Shown: positions 9,857 to 20,391, counted from the stretch's first letter. The stretch is DNA of 64,000 bases from an uncultured Gemmatimonadaceae bacterium (GCA_963829055.1 CAWHHI010000017.1:160001-224000), one strand, 5' to 3'. Notes: generated by a model not told the origin, from the sequence alone. Translations and numbers: made by a program.

Positions 9857-11230
9857 TCAGAGCCGCATCGCTGCCGGCCCTGCGCCCGTCGTGAAGAACG
9901 TGGCACGCTGCGAGGGCTCTGGGAAGCGCCCCCGGTACCCCTCCTGCCAGCTTTCCGTGAACCGCTGCGCGTCGGCCTGCCCGACGAGCGCCCACACGCT
10001 GCCGCCGAACCCGGCACCGAACGCCGACGCCGCCACCGCGCCTAACGAGCGCGCCGACCGCGCGAGGTAGAACGTCTCCGGCACCTGGTTGCCGAGCAGC
10101 ACTTCCGCGCCCCGTTGCGAACGGTCGACCAGCTCGCCGAGTGCGGTCAGGTCGCCGCGCTCCAGTGCGTCGCCCGCCGCGGGAATGATCTCCCGACTCT
10201 CGGCGTCGAACTGATCGAGCCGGGTGATGAGATCCGTCACGTCGAATCCGTCGCCGGCGCCTTCGTTTCCGTTGACGTGCACGGCCGGGTCACGCACGAT
10301 GCGACGCAGCCGCGCGAGCGCATCGTCGGACGATGCGAGCACCGCCGCGAGCGTCGCTTCCTTGCCCCCGGTCGCCGCGCGCCAGCGATCGATCAGTGCG
10401 TGGACGCGTCGCGCCTGACGATTGTAGAGCGCCAGCGCCGCACCCGTCTTCTCCGCCAGCACGCCGCTCGCGCCAATGACGAACACATGGCTGGACGGCA
10501 GCGGCACGCTCCGCTCGAACCGAACCGGCGCGAACGAGTACTGCACGAGCGCATCGGCGCGCGAGCACAGAATCGCCGTGTGATCCTGACTGCCGCTGAA
10601 TGTGCCGACACCTCGATCGCCGTCCAGCGACCCGAACGGCGCGCCATTCTCCACCGCTCCGAGGTACCCGGCGAGGTGGTCGGCGTCGGGGATCTCGCGC
10701 CGATACTCCTCGTGCGCGCCTAACGCGTTGAGGTCGGAGATGGCGAGGAACGTCGCGATGACGAGCGCGCTCGAGCTGCTGAGCCCCGCGGCCGGCGGCA
10801 GGTCGCTCGCGAACGCGATGTCCGCGCCGCGCAGCGGTCCGGGAAAGTTGCGCGCGATACGACGCACGACCGTGATGGGGTAGTTCGTCCAGCTTCCCTC
10901 GGCGGGCGCGAGCGTCGCGCTCAGTTCCATCTCCACGTGGTCGCCGGTGACGGCGTCGGTCATCCGAACCATGCGATCGTCGCGGGCGGTCGCGACGACG
11001 GCAATCCCGCGCTCCACGGCGCAGATGAGGCTCCGTCCGCCGGCGTAGTCGGTATGCTTGCCGAGAAACTCGATGCGCCCCGGAACCCAGAGTCGCAGCG
11101 TCTGTCGCTTACCGAGGGCGGCTGCCGCTCGCGCGAACAATCGATTCTTTCGCCCGATCTCCGGCTCCGACATGCCGGCGAGCGCCAGGCGTTCGTCGAG
11201 AGCGTGTGCTGCTACGTCGCGCACATCCAT
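9857..11230 (-). CDS. galK: Galactokinase (GHMP kinase)
   Basis: PGRIEFLGKHTDY galactose-binding signature, LPPAAGLSSSSA, GAGFGGSV. Confidence 0.85.
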   Translation of the reverse strand: MDVRDVAAHALDERLALAGMSEPEIGRKNRLFARAAAALGKRQTLRLWVPGRIEFLGKHTDYAGGRSLICAVERGIAVVATARDDRMVRMTDAVTGDHVEMELSATLAPAEGSWTNYPITVVRRIARNFPGPLRGADIAFASDLPPAAGLSSSSALVIATFLAISDLNALGAHEEYRREIPDADHLAGYLGAVENGAPFGSLDGDRGVGTFSGSQDHTAILCSRADALVQYSFAPVRFERSVPLPSSHVFVIGASGVLAEKTGAALALYNRQARRVHALIDRWRAATGGKEATLAAVLASSDDALARLRRIVRDPAVHVNGNEGAGDGFDVTDLITRLDQFDAESREIIPAAGDALERGDLTALGELVDRSQRGAEVLLGNQVPETFYLARSARSLGAVAASAFGAGFGGSVWALVGQADAQRFTESWQEGYRGRFPEPSQRATFFTTGAGPAAMRL

Positions 11231-11239
11231 ACCCCCCAC

Positions 11240-12046
11240 TCAGAGTCTGACGTCGATACTCGCGAGCCCCTCGGCCACGCCGGCAATATCGGCGCGGCTC
11301 GAAAGATCGAGTACGGGAGCGTGCATCGGTATCGCGCGAAACCGCCGGCCGTACGCGTCGATCGCATGTTGGACCGCGACCGGTAGTTCGAGCTCGCCGC
11401 GCGATGACGGGGACACCGTCCGACACGGCTCGAAGATGCCCGCGTCGAAGCACCAGAGGTTCATGCTCACGAGCGCACTGGCTCCCATCGCGCGCGCGGT
11501 GTTCTCGTCGGGCTTCTCGACGATGCGCCGGAGATAGCCGTCAGACCCGATATCCAGTAGCGCGAACTTCATGATGCGCTCTGGATCGATCCGCCCATCG
11601 GCGAGCAGCGCGTCGCGCGCGAACGCTGCGAGCCCAGGCTCGCCGGCTTCGCGCAACGCCGCGTACGCGGCGACGGGATAGTAGTTGTCGGCATTCATTA
11701 CGAGGAACCGATCCTCTCCCGCGAACGACTCCGCCGCAAGGACCGCGTTGGCCGTCCCGACGGGGCGTTCCTGAATCGCGAAGCTCACGCGCACGCGCGA
11801 GAGCAGCCCGGCTCGCTCGTAATACTCGCGCACGGCGGTATGCTCGGGCCCGATGACGAGGCAGACGTCGCGACAGTCGGCGTCGGCAAGCGCGCTCAAC
11901 ACGTAGTCGAGGAACGGCCGCCCGATGGGGATCATGGCCTTGACGCCTTGGTCCGCCACCGCGGCCTGCTGTGGATCCAGCGCGGCGTGATCGTCGGCCT
12001 GACGCATCCGCTTACCGAGGCCGCGGGCAAGGATCACTGCTTTCAT
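11240..12046 (-). CDS. Sugar-1-phosphate nucleotidyltransferase (NTP_transferase family)
   Basis: KAVILARGLGKRMR, KAMIPIGRPFLDY, GTANAV, NADNYY, IVEKPD, RGELELP. Confidence 0.88.
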   Translation of the reverse strand: MKAVILARGLGKRMRQADDHAALDPQQAAVADQGVKAMIPIGRPFLDYVLSALADADCRDVCLVIGPEHTAVREYYERAGLLSRVRVSFAIQERPVGTANAVLAAESFAGEDRFLVMNADNYYPVAAYAALREAGEPGLAAFARDALLADGRIDPERIMKFALLDIGSDGYLRRIVEKPDENTARAMGASALVSMNLWCFDAGIFEPCRTVSPSSRGELELPVAVQHAIDAYGRRFRAIPMHAPVLDLSSRADIAGVAEGLASIDVRL

Positions 12047-12140
12047 GATTTCAGCGTTGCGAGGTCAGCAGGGAGGATCACACGGAACCTGTGTCCATAC
12101 TTCGCAAGTATGGGACAACAAGGAATCCGGGGTCGAATCC

Positions 12141-12164
12141 GGGGTCAGACTCGAGTCTGACCCC
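12141..12164. repeat. Perfect palindrome GGGGTCAGACTCGAGTCTGACCCC, family D copy 1
   Basis: Identical 24-mer core at 28745-28768. Confidence 0.85.
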
Positions 12165-12268
12165 ATTTGTATCCTTCGAACGCGTCGGGCCCAGCATCCT
12201 GCTGGCTGGTGAACTGCTTTCCACCGCAGAGTATGCCAGCGGCTGTTCGACAACCATCCAGACGAACC

Positions 12269-12489
12269 GCTTCGACACGCCATCCAGAGCGAAGGTGTTT
12301 TGAGAAGAAGCCGGAAACAACTGAAACGACCCGATCCGATCGCGACCCGGCCAGACCGCGGCGCGGGGCCCGTTGAAGAGGGGAACGGCCTCGTTTCCCT
12401 TTCATCATTGGCCCCATCCGCCCGATCCGATGTTTCCGGCCGTTTCCGTTCACACCCTCGGTTCTGGATGGTTGCTGAAGCAGTTCCCT
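12269..12489. repeat. MITE-like element, family C copy 1
   Basis: Shares CCCGATCCGATCGCGACCCGG and CCGATCCGATGTTTCCGGCCG.TTCCGTTCACACCCTCGGTTCTGGATGG with 23340-23613. Confidence 0.8.
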
Positions 12490-12537
12490 GCGTCCTCCGC
12501 GGTGAATGGCAGTTCAGTCCATACGTCGCCAGCATGC

Positions 12538-14313
12538 TCAGCTGCCGGAGAGATCTGCCCGCCACATCGCCCGGATCATTCTGATCAGCCCCGCAGCCGC
12601 GATGACGAACACGACGGTCCACATGATCCCCTGAGACGTGCGTCCATACAGGTAGCTCCCCGCCCCGAACAACGCGGCGTAGACCATGAAGCAGCCGAGC
12701 ACCCAGCCGAGTAGCGATTGCGTCAGGCTGTCCGGCGACGGGCCCACGCCCGCCTCCGATCGTACCGGCCCCCATCCGCCACCCGCCGGCCTAACGAGTC
12801 GATAGAAGTGCACGAGCGTCGTTCGGTCTGTCGGCGCCGTCGCGAACGTCACGGCTACCCACACGACTGTCGTCACCCCGACCGTGATGAGCAGTGATGT
12901 CTGCGCGGGAATCGCCGCGCCCATCTTCCCGGCAATGAAGAACGTGACAGCCACGGCGAACGAGCTCACCATCGCGGCGATCTCACTCCACGCGTTGATG
13001 CGCCACCAGTACCATCGCAGCAGGTAGATGAGACCCGTGCCTGCCCCGACCGAGAGCAGCAGGTTGAAGCTCGCCTGCGCGGTGTCGAGCACGAACGTCA
13101 ATCCGGCGGCGAGTACCATGAGCACCGCGGTCACCAACCGCCCGACGAGGATGTAGTGCCGCTCATCCGCGCCGGGCCGCATGAAGCGCCGGTAGAAGTC
13201 ATGGACGAGGTACGATGTGCCCCAGTTGAGATGCGTCGAGATGGTCGATACGTACGCGGCGAGCAGTCCGGCGACCATGAGACCGAGCAGCCCCGCGGGC
13301 AGGAAGGTCAGCATTGCCGGATATGCCATGTCGTGCCCGATCAGCGACGGATCCACGTACGGAAACGCGCGACGAATGTCGTCCAGCGTCGGGAACACGA
13401 GGATCGACGAGAGCGCCACGACGACCCATGGCCACGGCCGCAGGGCGTAGTGCGCGAAGTTGAAGAACAGCGTGCCGCCGAGTGCGTCCTTCTCGCTCTT
13501 GGCGGCGAGCATCCGCTGCGCGATGTAGCTCCCGCCGCCCGGCTCCGCGCCCGGATACCAGACCGACCACCACTGCACCGTGAGCGGGATGACGAACACC
13601 GCGAGCGCTGTCGTCCAGTCGCCGAAATCGGGAAGCATGGCGAGCGTCTTCGGTGCCGTGCGCACGAACAGCTCCGATAACCCGCCTACCTGCGGCTGCC
13701 TAACGGCATAGACCGCCGCGGCGACCGAGCCGGTCATCGCGATGCCGAACTGGATGAAGTCCGTCACCAGCACGCCCCAGAGCCCCGACGTCGCGGCGAA
13801 CGCGACGTTCAGCACGGCGCACACGAGCAGCGTCTGCGACATGGGCCAGCCGAGCAGCACGTTCGCGATCTTCGCGGCGGCGAGGTTGACGGTCGCCATG
13901 ATCGCGCAGTTGAAGAACAAGCCGAGATACAGCGCGCGAAAGCCGCGCACGAACGTCGCGGGTCGACCCGAATAACGGATCTCGTAGAACTCGAGATCTG
14001 TGAGCACGCCGGAGCGTCGCCAGACGCGCGCGTAGAAGAACACCGTGGCCATGCCGGTGAGCAGGAACGCCCACCAGAGCCAGTTGCCGGCGACACCGCT
14101 CGTACGGACGATGTTCGTGACGAGGTTCGGCGTGTCGGTGCTGAACGTGGTCGCGACCATGGACACGCCAATGAGCCACCACGGCGCCGCCCGCCCTGAC
14201 GTAAAGAACTCGGCCGTACTCGACCCGGCCCGCCGCGCCAGCACGATGGCGGGGATGAACGAGATGACGATCGAGACGGCGACGATGATCCAGTCGAGCG
14301 ACGTTAGGCGCAC
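12538..14313 (-). CDS. Sodium:solute symporter (SSS family), probably a sugar transporter
   Basis: Likely start GTG 14313 (RLTSLDWIIV); EFFTSGRAAPWWLIGVSMVATTFSTDTP; YIAQRMLAAKSE; many TM helices. Confidence 0.92.
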   Translation of the reverse strand: MRLTSLDWIIVAVSIVISFIPAIVLARRAGSSTAEFFTSGRAAPWWLIGVSMVATTFSTDTPNLVTNIVRTSGVAGNWLWWAFLLTGMATVFFYARVWRRSGVLTDLEFYEIRYSGRPATFVRGFRALYLGLFFNCAIMATVNLAAAKIANVLLGWPMSQTLLVCAVLNVAFAATSGLWGVLVTDFIQFGIAMTGSVAAAVYAVRQPQVGGLSELFVRTAPKTLAMLPDFGDWTTALAVFVIPLTVQWWSVWYPGAEPGGGSYIAQRMLAAKSEKDALGGTLFFNFAHYALRPWPWVVVALSSILVFPTLDDIRRAFPYVDPSLIGHDMAYPAMLTFLPAGLLGLMVAGLLAAYVSTISTHLNWGTSYLVHDFYRRFMRPGADERHYILVGRLVTAVLMVLAAGLTFVLDTAQASFNLLLSVGAGTGLIYLLRWYWWRINAWSEIAAMVSSFAVAVTFFIAGKMGAAIPAQTSLLITVGVTTVVWVAVTFATAPTDRTTLVHFYRLVRPAGGGWGPVRSEAGVGPSPDSLTQSLLGWVLGCFMVYAALFGAGSYLYGRTSQGIMWTVVFVIAAAGLIRMIRAMWRADLSGS

Positions 14314-14317
14314 TGTG

Positions 14318-14488
14318 TCGGGAATCGGGAATGGGGAATCGGGAATAGGGGGCATCCCGAGCGTCAGCGAGGGATCTTCTGTCGGGATCTCGTAGCTGGC
14401 TTCGCATGAACTTCTCACAGTCGTGCGCGCACCTCGCGAGCCAACCGTGTTGCGTGCAGCGCTTGCCCACGACAACAGTCGGGATGAC
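14318..14488. repeat. GGGAATC heptamer run plus family A-like element
   Basis: TCGGGAATCGGGAATGGGGAATCGGGAAT, then CATCCCGAGCGTCAGCGAGGGATC...TCGGGATGAC. Confidence 0.65.
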
Positions 14489-14492
14489 CGCG

Positions 14493-16598
14493 TTAGGGAG
14501 TCAGCTCCAGCGTCAGGACTTCGAACGGCTGCAGATCGATCCGCTGCGGCTGCGTAGCCACGAACCGCGTCGGGATCGTGCGGCCGCGGCCAACCTGAAA
14601 TGGATTGCGCGCCTTGTACACGCGGGCGGCACCGTCGGGGAGCTCGAACGCCTCCTGCGCATCCACCAGCATCCCCTGCACGCGATCGCTCGGGTTTCGC
14701 AGCGTGAGTATCCCACCACGTGGTGTCCATGACGCCCACCCATACGGCTGCAGCGCCGCCGGGTCGCCGCCAATCCAGTGCGTGTCCACCAGCGTCGCCG
14801 CGTTCCGTCGCGACCACTTCGCCGATTCCGCCAACGTGTCCCAGTTCTCCTTCGTCAGGAGACGCGGCGTCACGTACATCTCCTGCAACTGCGTCCCTGT
14901 ACCGAAGTACGAGCGGATCTCCGACGCGAAGTCATGCTGCGGATCGATCTCCAGGTTCTTCGCGGACTTCGCGTAGATCAGCCCGTGCAGCATGAGCGAA
15001 TTGATCGGGAACAGCGGACCGCGGCGCACCACGTTCGCGAACGTGTCCGCGTCACGATACGTGATCCACTGCTGCCGCTTCGAGCCCGTGCCCGCGAACT
15101 CGTGGTCTTCACCGCCGCGCCAGATCGAGTCCGCCCAGCGGAGCCAGAACGGTGACGGGTACGTTCCCGTCGTAAGGTTCACGTACAGATCCGGCTTCTC
15201 GCCCCGCAACGTCTCGATCAGCGAGATCGCCGCCTCGAAATCACTGCCGAACGCGCTGCCTGGAATCGCACGGTCGGCGTTGCCGGTGCCGTCGAACTTG
15301 AACTGGTTCACGCCATACCGCCGCACCATCGTCAGGCACGTCTCGAGAAAACGGCGATAGTACACCGGCCCCGATAACGCGAATCCGCCGGCGTTCGTCT
15401 CGAAGCCCTTGGTCTTCCCGTTCGTCAGGCGATCCTGCTTCGGCTTCCCATAGCCACCCCACGGCGACATCCACACGCCTGGCGCGGCGCCATAGCGCGC
15501 GGTTGCATCGCGCACGCCAGAAAATCCTCGCGGGAACCCGCTGTGAAATCCCCACAGCGTCTTCGGATCGTCCCACCCATCATCGAACAGGAACGAGTCC
15601 AGCTCGACGCCGCGCTTCCGCTGCAACTCCTCGCCGAACGTCGCGATCACCGCGAGCGCCTCGGGCTCGTTGAACTTCGAGAAATACCCGAGATCGTACC
15701 ACGAGTTGTAGTGCAGGAACGGTCGATACGGATGCGCGCGCTCATGCTCGACGTACGCGAGGAAATCCCGCCGCAGCTGACCAGGACGGGTGGTGCCGAT
15801 CACCGACGAGACGTCGAGCGTCGTCCCCATGCGCAGCGGCAACTGCCGCGGGAGCGACGATCGCGCGCGCGCGCCATCCAGCGCCGTCAGCGCGAGTGGA
15901 TGCTCTACCGCCGCGAACCAGCGGTCGATGATGAGTGGACTTCCCTTCACCGTCCCGTTCACGGTCGCGTTGAGCGCAGGGATGTCGACGAGCACCGCCT
16001 CGCGCAGCGGGATGTCTTTCGCGGTCGGCCGCACGGTGATCTCCTGCCGCACATAACGCGACCCGTCACGTAGCTCGGCGCGCCAGTCGACACGCAGCCG
16101 CCTGGCGTAGTCCTCGAACTGCGCCACGACCTGGCGTCCAGGAAGACGGTCCGCGAGCCGCGCCGAACTGGCACGCGTGGTGATGGGCCCGACACTCGGC
16201 GCCCCAACCAGCCGCATTTCACTCGATCGCACAGGCTCGCCATCGAGCAGAAGCACGAACGCGTCCGGCGAGACGTCCAGCACTGCGCCATTCGGCTCCC
16301 GCACCCGCACGACGCGCATCCGCCCGGCATACACGCCCCACTGGGCGAGGATGGCGGCGTTCGACAGCGTCAGCGTCTGCGCTTGTTGCGTACCGCGCGC
16401 CTGGAGCGCTGGGTCGGCGTCGCCTAACGTGTCATCACCGCTGGACGCGTCGGCAGCCGGCAACCAGAGCCCACTCGCCAACAGCGACGCCGCACCGATA
16501 CCGAGTCCGTAGCGCGTACCGTGCTCGAGAAAGTCGCGGCGGCTCACCGGATCCGCCGACTCCGTGGACAGCTGAGGTTTGCGCGGTCCGTCGGTCAT
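14493..16598 (-). CDS. TAT-exported glycoside hydrolase, alpha-galactosidase-like (clan GH-D-like TIM barrel)
   Basis: SRRDFL signal; FLHYNSWY, FLFDDGW, GVWMSPWGG and QFKFDG resemble GH27/GH36 motifs; galK context. Confidence 0.7.
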   Translation of the reverse strand: MTDGPRKPQLSTESADPVSRRDFLEHGTRYGLGIGAASLLASGLWLPAADASSGDDTLGDADPALQARGTQQAQTLTLSNAAILAQWGVYAGRMRVVRVREPNGAVLDVSPDAFVLLLDGEPVRSSEMRLVGAPSVGPITTRASSARLADRLPGRQVVAQFEDYARRLRVDWRAELRDGSRYVRQEITVRPTAKDIPLREAVLVDIPALNATVNGTVKGSPLIIDRWFAAVEHPLALTALDGARARSSLPRQLPLRMGTTLDVSSVIGTTRPGQLRRDFLAYVEHERAHPYRPFLHYNSWYDLGYFSKFNEPEALAVIATFGEELQRKRGVELDSFLFDDGWDDPKTLWGFHSGFPRGFSGVRDATARYGAAPGVWMSPWGGYGKPKQDRLTNGKTKGFETNAGGFALSGPVYYRRFLETCLTMVRRYGVNQFKFDGTGNADRAIPGSAFGSDFEAAISLIETLRGEKPDLYVNLTTGTYPSPFWLRWADSIWRGGEDHEFAGTGSKRQQWITYRDADTFANVVRRGPLFPINSLMLHGLIYAKSAKNLEIDPQHDFASEIRSYFGTGTQLQEMYVTPRLLTKENWDTLAESAKWSRRNAATLVDTHWIGGDPAALQPYGWASWTPRGGILTLRNPSDRVQGMLVDAQEAFELPDGAARVYKARNPFQVGRGRTIPTRFVATQPQRIDLQPFEVLTLELTP

Positions 16599-16755
16599 CC
16601 GGGTATCTCCTCGTCCGTCGGTATCATGGGCGAGCACGAAGGAACTGTGGCAGTGTTCGCGGCGGAAACTTGACCACCGGACGCGAGCCGATCAATGTCG
16701 GTGCGCAGTAGCACTCCAATTGTGTGCGAACCGCCGCTCCTCGAACGAACCAACA

Positions 16756-17535
16756 ATGCCCCGACGCTCCACTGGTGTCACCGTCGCCGGACTCGCCTGC
16801 GCACTACTCGCCGCCTTCCCCATGCACGACGTCAACGCTCAACCGTCCACGCGGTGGCCGATCCACTCCACCGACCGGCCGCAGCCTCGCGTCATCAAGC
16901 CACCGTCCACGAGTTGGACGGTCGCGCCGCCATCCGATGCGACGGTGCTCTTCGCCGGAACTGACCTCTCGCGCTGGGAGAAGGACGGCGGCGGCGCGGC
17001 GGCGTGGAAGGTCGCGGACGGATACATGGAAGTCGTGCCGAACGCGGGCGGGATCGTGTCCCGCGATCGCTTTGGCGACGCGCAGGTGCACGTCGAGTGG
17101 ATGGCGCCGTTGCCCGCGGTTGGCGAGAGTCAGGAGCGCGGCAACAGCGGCGTGTTCCTCATGGGACGCTACGAGGTGCAGGTGCTCGACTCGTACGGGA
17201 ACGTCACGTACGCGGACGGACAGGCGGCGTCGATCTTCGGTCAGTACCCGCCGCTCGTGAACGCGAGTCGTCCGCCCGGCGAATGGCAGACGTACGACAT
17301 CGTGTTCCATCGACCGCGATTCGACGCGGCTGGCAAGGTCACGAGTCCGGCGCGCATGACCGTCCTGCATAACGGGGTACTCGTGCAGGACAACGTGGTG
17401 CTCTCCGGCCCCACCGCGTACCAGCGCCGGCCACCGTACGAGAGGCACGACGACCGACTGCCGCTCTCGCTCCAGGACCACGGCACGCGCGTCCGCTTTC
17501 GGAACATCTGGGTGCGCGATCTGGAGCGTCAGTGA
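16756..17535 (+). CDS. DUF1080 (3-keto-disaccharide hydrolase/hydratase) secreted protein
   Basis: APPSDATVLF, FGDAQVHVEW, GNSGVFL, YEVQVLDS, GEWQTYDI, LQDHG..VRFRNIW. Confidence 0.92.
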   Translation: MPRRSTGVTVAGLACALLAAFPMHDVNAQPSTRWPIHSTDRPQPRVIKPPSTSWTVAPPSDATVLFAGTDLSRWEKDGGGAAAWKVADGYMEVVPNAGGIVSRDRFGDAQVHVEWMAPLPAVGESQERGNSGVFLMGRYEVQVLDSYGNVTYADGQAASIFGQYPPLVNASRPPGEWQTYDIVFHRPRFDAAGKVTSPARMTVLHNGVLVQDNVVLSGPTAYQRRPPYERHDDRLPLSLQDHGTRVRFRNIWVRDLERQ

Positions 17536-17537
17536 GA

Positions 17538-17671
17538 TGTCATTCCGAGCGGGTTGTCATTCCGAGCGGAGCCGCGAAGCGGCGGAGTCGAGGAATCCTT
17601 GCTCTCCGGGTAGAGCCCTCTACCGAGCAGAATCGCGATTCCTCGACTCACTGTCGTTCGCTCGGAATGAC
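17538..17671. repeat. REP-like family A element with duplicated left arm
   Basis: TGTCATTCCGAGCG twice, then GAGTCGAGGAATC / GATTCCTCGACTC..CGCTCGGAATGAC. Confidence 0.85.
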
Positions 17672-17676
17672 TGCGC

Positions 17677-19552
17677 CTAACGACTCACCGGATCGTCGAA
17701 CCGCCACTGCGCCTTGTAGTCCCGCTTCAACGGCAGATTCTCGAGCCGCGCGCGCACCATCTCCACCGGCATGCGCCCACCCTGCAGAATCGCGTCGTGA
17801 AACTGACGATTCGTCATGCGACCCGACTCGACCAACTCCTTGTGCAGCGCGCGGAACTGCAGCCCGCCGATCATGTACGCCACCTGATACAGCGGCGGGT
17901 ACGATCCATTGAACGACCGGCGCACCTCCGCCTCCGCGTTCGCGCGCTCGTGACCCACACGTTCCACGAGAAAATCGACCGCCTCCTGCGGCGTCATCGT
18001 GCCGAGGTGGAAGCGGAGCGAGAAGATGATCCGCGCCGTGCGATGCATGCGCCAGAACAACATGCCCACGCGATCCTCGGGCGTACGCGCGAAGCCCTGG
18101 TCCCAGAGCAGCATCTCCCAGTAGAGCGACCAGCCCTCCATCCAGAACGGCGTGCTGAAGACCTGCCGGTGCGTCATGTAGCGAGCGTTCATGAAGCCCT
18201 GCAGGTGATGCCCCGGAATCAGCTCGTGATGCACCGTCGCGCGTGAGAAGTGCGGGTTGTTCCCGCGCATGCTCATCATCTTCTCCTCGTGCGTCATCCC
18301 GTCGGTCGGATACGACACGAGAATCGTCTCACCGCCGAGGAAGAACGGCGCAACGCGTTGACGCTCCGGCGTCATCATCTCCATCCGCCAGATCTCGCTC
18401 GCGAGCGGCGGCACCGTGACGAGATCGCGCCTGGTGACGAACTCCTCCGCCTCGCGCGCGAGGTCACGGATGAGATCCGGCTGCTTCCCCGGCTCGACGT
18501 ACGTGTTCTTCACCTTCTCGACCGCCTTCCGCCAATCGTCGCCGAACCCCATCTCGCGCGACGCCTTCTTCATCTCGACCTCGCACCACGCGTACTCGCG
18601 CTCCGCGATCGCGATGAGGCGCTCCGGTGTGTACGGCATCATCTCGTGCGCGAGGTCAGCCTCGAGTCCCGCTGCGCCAATCGGATCACCGATGATTGGA
18701 TCGGTATCGCCCTGCTTGATGCCCACAACCTTCTCGCGGAGCATGGCTGAGTAGCCCTTGAGGGCCTCGTCCGACTTCTTGAACGGATCCTCGGCCCACC
18801 AGCTGAAGAGTGGATCGTACCCCGAGTAGTAGCGGTACCACTGGCCCAGTGTCGTGCGCAGCTCGTCCACGAAGCCGGCCGTGCGGAAGCCGACGAACCG
18901 CACGGTCCGAAGCGAATCGCGCACGTTCGGCGTTGGTGGTATCGACCTTCGTTGCCGCGACCTTCTCGACAGCCTTGCGCACGCTATCGACCTGTTTCGC
19001 GAGCAGGGCAAGCGTTCGCCCGGCGTCCTGCTGGTTGACGGGCTTGAGCTCACGACGCGCCTCCATGAGATCGAAGATCGTCCCCGCGAACGGCGTGTAC
19101 GACTGCATCTCGGCCAGCTGCTGTCGGCTGCGCTTCAGCTGATACTGCTGATATTCCAGCTCGTGGCGCAGGAGCACGTAGTCGACCCGTCCCTCCTGGG
19201 AGAGCTTGTCGAAGGCGACCTCACCGAGCCGCGCGGTCCATTGCGTCGTGAACGCTTCGAGTCGCTTCGCGCGTGCCGGCGAATAGTCGACGCCGTATCG
19301 CCTGCCTAACGCCTCCTGGTCCGCGTCATACCGCGCGACGACTTGGGCGAGCTCGCTCCGCGGCGTCGCCGCGTACGGAGCCAGCGCGGGAACGGCGGAC
19401 GTTTCGACGGACGGTCGAGGCGCTGCCGCCTTTTTTCCGCTCTGGCCCGATAGCGCGATGGGCGTAACGAACAGGATCGCGAGCACGACAAGCGCGCGGG
19501 CGCAGACGAACGTGCCTGACCGACCCCGAAGCGCCGCTGGCAAGGACACCAT
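17677..19552 (-). CDS. DUF885 family protein (metallopeptidase-like), one frameshift near 18920
   Basis: ATVHHELIPGHHLQ, EGWSLYWE, YQVAYMIGGL; N-terminal half in ORF 18686-19600. Confidence 0.85.
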
Positions 19553-19685
19553 GAGCTGTTCCACTCGTGAGAATGTGTCGAGCCGGCACCGCATGCTCAC
19601 CTGGCGACGGGACGGCCTGGAGAAGGCCGCAAATTACGCCTGTTGGGCTCGCGGCGCGAAGGGCATCGCGCCGCGAGCGGGTATC

Positions 19686-20186
19686 CTAACGTTTCTTCTG
19701 CTTCGCCGGTCCGTTCGCACCCTGATACGTGCCGATGACCTGCGCCTGCTCGAGGATGTGGCCGCGCATCGCTGCCTCGACGTCGGCCTTCGTCCCCGCT
19801 CCGAGATCGCCGAGCATCGTGTCCAGTGCGTAGAGCTTGAAGAAGTAGCGATGGCGCCCGATCGGCGGGCACGGACCTCCGTAACCCGTGTTGCCGAAGT
19901 CGTTCTTCCCCTCGCGCGCGCCTTTCGGTAACTGCGCTTTCGTCATGCCTTCGGGGAGACCCGGCGTCGACGGCGGAATGTCGTACAGCACCCAGTGCAC
20001 GTACACCATCTTCGGCGCGGCAGGGTCTGGCGCGTCCGGGTCATCGACGATGAGCGCGAGACTCTTCGTGCGCTCGGGCACGCCCGACCACTCGAGCGCG
20101 GGCGACACATCATCGTCCTCACACGTGTACTTGATGGACATCGGGCCGTTCGGCGCGAACGCTGTGGATTGGATCGTGAGAGCCAT
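19686..20186 (-). CDS. YbhB/YbcL family PEBP (Raf kinase inhibitor-like) protein
   Basis: DDPDAP, VHWVLY, YGGPCPPIGRHRYFFKLYALD. Confidence 0.93.
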   Translation of the reverse strand: MALTIQSTAFAPNGPMSIKYTCEDDDVSPALEWSGVPERTKSLALIVDDPDAPDPAAPKMVYVHWVLYDIPPSTPGLPEGMTKAQLPKGAREGKNDFGNTGYGGPCPPIGRHRYFFKLYALDTMLGDLGAGTKADVEAAMRGHILEQAQVIGTYQGANGPAKQKKR

Positions 20187-20391
20187 CGCTCGACCTCGTT
20201 GGTTGACATTGGTTGGCGTCGCAAGAGCGACGCTCAGGTGTGGCCCGGACGAACATGGGCAGACGTGCACTCGATACCGACTCACGCATTCGGCACAGGC
20301 GTTGCTCGATTGCGTTCCAGCGTTGGAACCGAGGCGCGGCGTCCGCCTACAATGATGCGACCGCTGTGCCCACACGCGAGGAGGAACCCAG

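Noticed and set aside
14314..14817. N-terminal extensions in the ORF track for the symporter (also 6397-6882, 40279-40632, 54279-54806)
   Set aside because: They run through repeats or neighbouring genes; family-like sequence begins only at the later starts used here.
14493..16598. Toxin interpretation of the 702-aa TAT protein (similar proteins are sometimes labelled enterotoxin)
   Set aside because: The motifs and sugar-utilisation context indicate a glycosidase fold; nothing in the sequence supports toxin function.
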